A stretch of 63,715 nt of DNA, counting the filler, from Pelomyxa schiedti (Eukaryota; Protista; Evosea), in the NCBI GenBank assembly GCA_020536535.1. It is 12 parts of 12 records of this genome, joined end to end, with 100 filler letters (N's around TTAATTAATTAA, not from the genome) between each part and the next. Parts side by side here need not be neighbours in the genome. Positions count along the whole stretch, not along the records: positions 60,920 to 63,715 come from JAHLWZ010001883.1; 11 more parts are not named here. The stretch is one strand, 5' to 3'. Made by a program: the position numbers and the translations under genes. This document shows positions 61,978-63,715 of this stretch, piece by piece. Numbering within the stretch: position 1 is the stretch's first letter; every line of letters begins with the position of its first letter. The notes beneath the pieces were generated by a model. It searched no databases. It was given only the letters and a program-made list of their open reading frames with translations, and had not been told where the DNA came from.

Positions 61978-62090
61978 TGCATTTTGGGAGCAGCAAGGCG
62001 CATTTGGGAACATTTGGGAGCAAAGAGTGGGTGGTTGTGCAGCATTTGGGAGCAGAGCAGTTTGGGTGGTGCATGCATAATTTTTGGGGA
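61978..62090. repeat. Imperfect cluster of CATTTGGGAG-like repeats
   Basis: About 5-6 degenerate copies of (C)ATTTGGGA(G) with irregular spacing. Confidence 0.4.
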
Positions 62091-63715
62091 TGGTGGGATA
62101 CATAATAACATCAGCCATTCTGATAGATAATACAGGCGGGGGAAAATATTATTAATGCCTCGTGCTCAGCACCACCCTCACTCAGTGAGGGTGAAGAGGT
62201 TCCCCTACAAGCCGCCTCTCTATTGCACAGAGAGGATAGCGCTAAATGCCTGCTATCAGAGTCAATTAATTAATAATTTAGGAAACAAAACAGGTTTTTC
62301 AAGTTTGGGTTTGCCCCTCCATCTCGTATATTTGTAGCTGTGTGCGGTTGGTGCCGGTTCGCCCCTGAAACGCCATCAACCACCCTCGGATGTAAACACC
62401 TTCCTTTAAAATCAAAAAGATACTCATTCTTCCACCATTGTTTGTGAGTTTTTGTACAGGTGGTTATGCCTAGTGCTGGTGGTGTTGCTTGGTTGCTGGG
62501 GCATTCATCTTGTGTTTTCCTGGGTTGTTTTAGTTTAGAAATGGAATAAATAATGATATTTCTCAGTGGTCATATATCTCATGGAATCGGGAGCCAACAC
62601 GAGGAAATAATCTGTTCCAGGGCAGGGAAGACCACCCACTGCCCTGATGGTGCTGGTTTTGATGTTTGTTGTGATGGCAAAATCCCCAAGCGGAAGAAAC
62701 AGATCCCACAAGGTCACCGCAAAGGCGAAACTGAGACCAAAGTGAGTCAATCTCATTTGGTTGTGTTTGCCTGTGTGGAAGCGGTGCCGGTCTCCTGCAA
62801 CAACTACGGGCAAGATCTTCAAATTCTACTGGGACAGTGAGCCAATAATAATAGAAGGTGGACTGTTTCGTTATACATAGTGCCCTCCGGCTTTTCGGTA
62901 GGGGAAATGATGTAAACATTGTTTGGAAGAAAAGTATGTAATCGTAACAGCATGAATTAAAAGCACAGAAAAAGCTGAGTGATTCATCATACATAGAAGA
63001 GCTGTTTCTTGAGAAACTGATCACTCAGAGCGGCATTGTGTTCTTTACTGGCTGCTCTTGAATTTAAGGATATTCCCATTTCTTTATGTGGGGCGTGGGC
63101 AGTAGCATTCGGCACTACTACTGGTAGTGCCAATACGACTTGGCAGGGTTCTGTCCCCTCACTAATTTTGTGAGAAGCAAGTGAGAACTCGAGGGAAAAC
63201 CTACCTTGACGAGCATGAGAAATAGGGAGGTCGCTGTGACAAGCGTGGCTCCAACGCGTCGCAGACCGCCAAAGAAAAGAAAATAGGTTCACAAGGAGCG
63301 GAAAGCACGGCTCAAAGAGCAAAGGGTATCCGGATCAGAACCACCTACAAACGAACGACAGCCCCCGCATCGCCTTCGTGTTTTTATCGGATTTCGGGGA
63401 TGGGGCCCAATGAGCCTGGTATCCTAGATAGGTGGCTGACACAATCAACCAGGACATCGCCTTCCTGTGCGGTGCACAAGATCCCTCTTTGCACCTTTTA
63501 TTGTTCGCCCGCGCATTTGTTGGCATCACCGTCCGTTTGATCTTGCGTTCATTTTCCCCAAAAAAAAAAACAAAAAATAAAAAAAAAAACCCCAACTAAG
63601 CAAAGGTCGTTGTCATCAGAGACCAAGACCGAAACACGGGACAACAACAGTCTTCTTCCGAAGAGGCAGCAGCAGCATCATCATCAGCGTCAAGCGACGA
63701 CAGCCAGCACCGACG

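Noticed and set aside
60920-63715. Possible transposase or gene relics in the last contig
   Set aside because: No DDE, RT or other motif recognised and no terminal repeats; the frames are short and stop-riddled.
1-63715. tRNA, rRNA or alternative genetic code
   Set aside because: No cloverleaf or rRNA signature recognised by eye; conserved genes end in TAA, TAG and TGA, and their internal stops are explained by introns.

Overview
Eukaryotic, gene-dense, intron-rich genomic DNA with many short GT-AG introns (about 40-60 nt) and weak 5' splice consensus. Gene content (WASP, Shk-type SH2-kinase, expanded ankyrin-like and orphan families) points to an amoebozoan, most plausibly an archamoeba such as Pelomyxa; this is inference, not proof. 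The window is not one locus: eleven 100-nt N-TTAATTAATTAA-N spacers join 12 separate contigs, so adjacency across spacers is meaningless. The first scaffold (1-30611) carries recognisable genes: WASP, PIG-Z/Smp3 GPI mannosyltransferase, PRPP synthetase, a DUF3533/SNG1-like membrane protein, a BAG + small heat-shock-protein fusion, an acid sphingomyelinase-like phosphodiesterase, a GT61 glycosyltransferase, an Shk-type kinase, EEF1AKMT1, RRP9 and a large orphan. The short contigs carry lineage-expanded families and pseudogenes, an LRR surface protein, two TRIM-like RING/B-box genes, an F-box-like/Rab fusion, EGF/CUB surface proteins and the primase large subunit. The strongest novelty candidate, missed by the ORF track because of an intron, is a 101-aa secreted cationic precursor built from 11-aa QGQ(I/T)QRWG(L/V)KS repeats (56359-56705). 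Exon boundaries were inferred by eye and are approximate.
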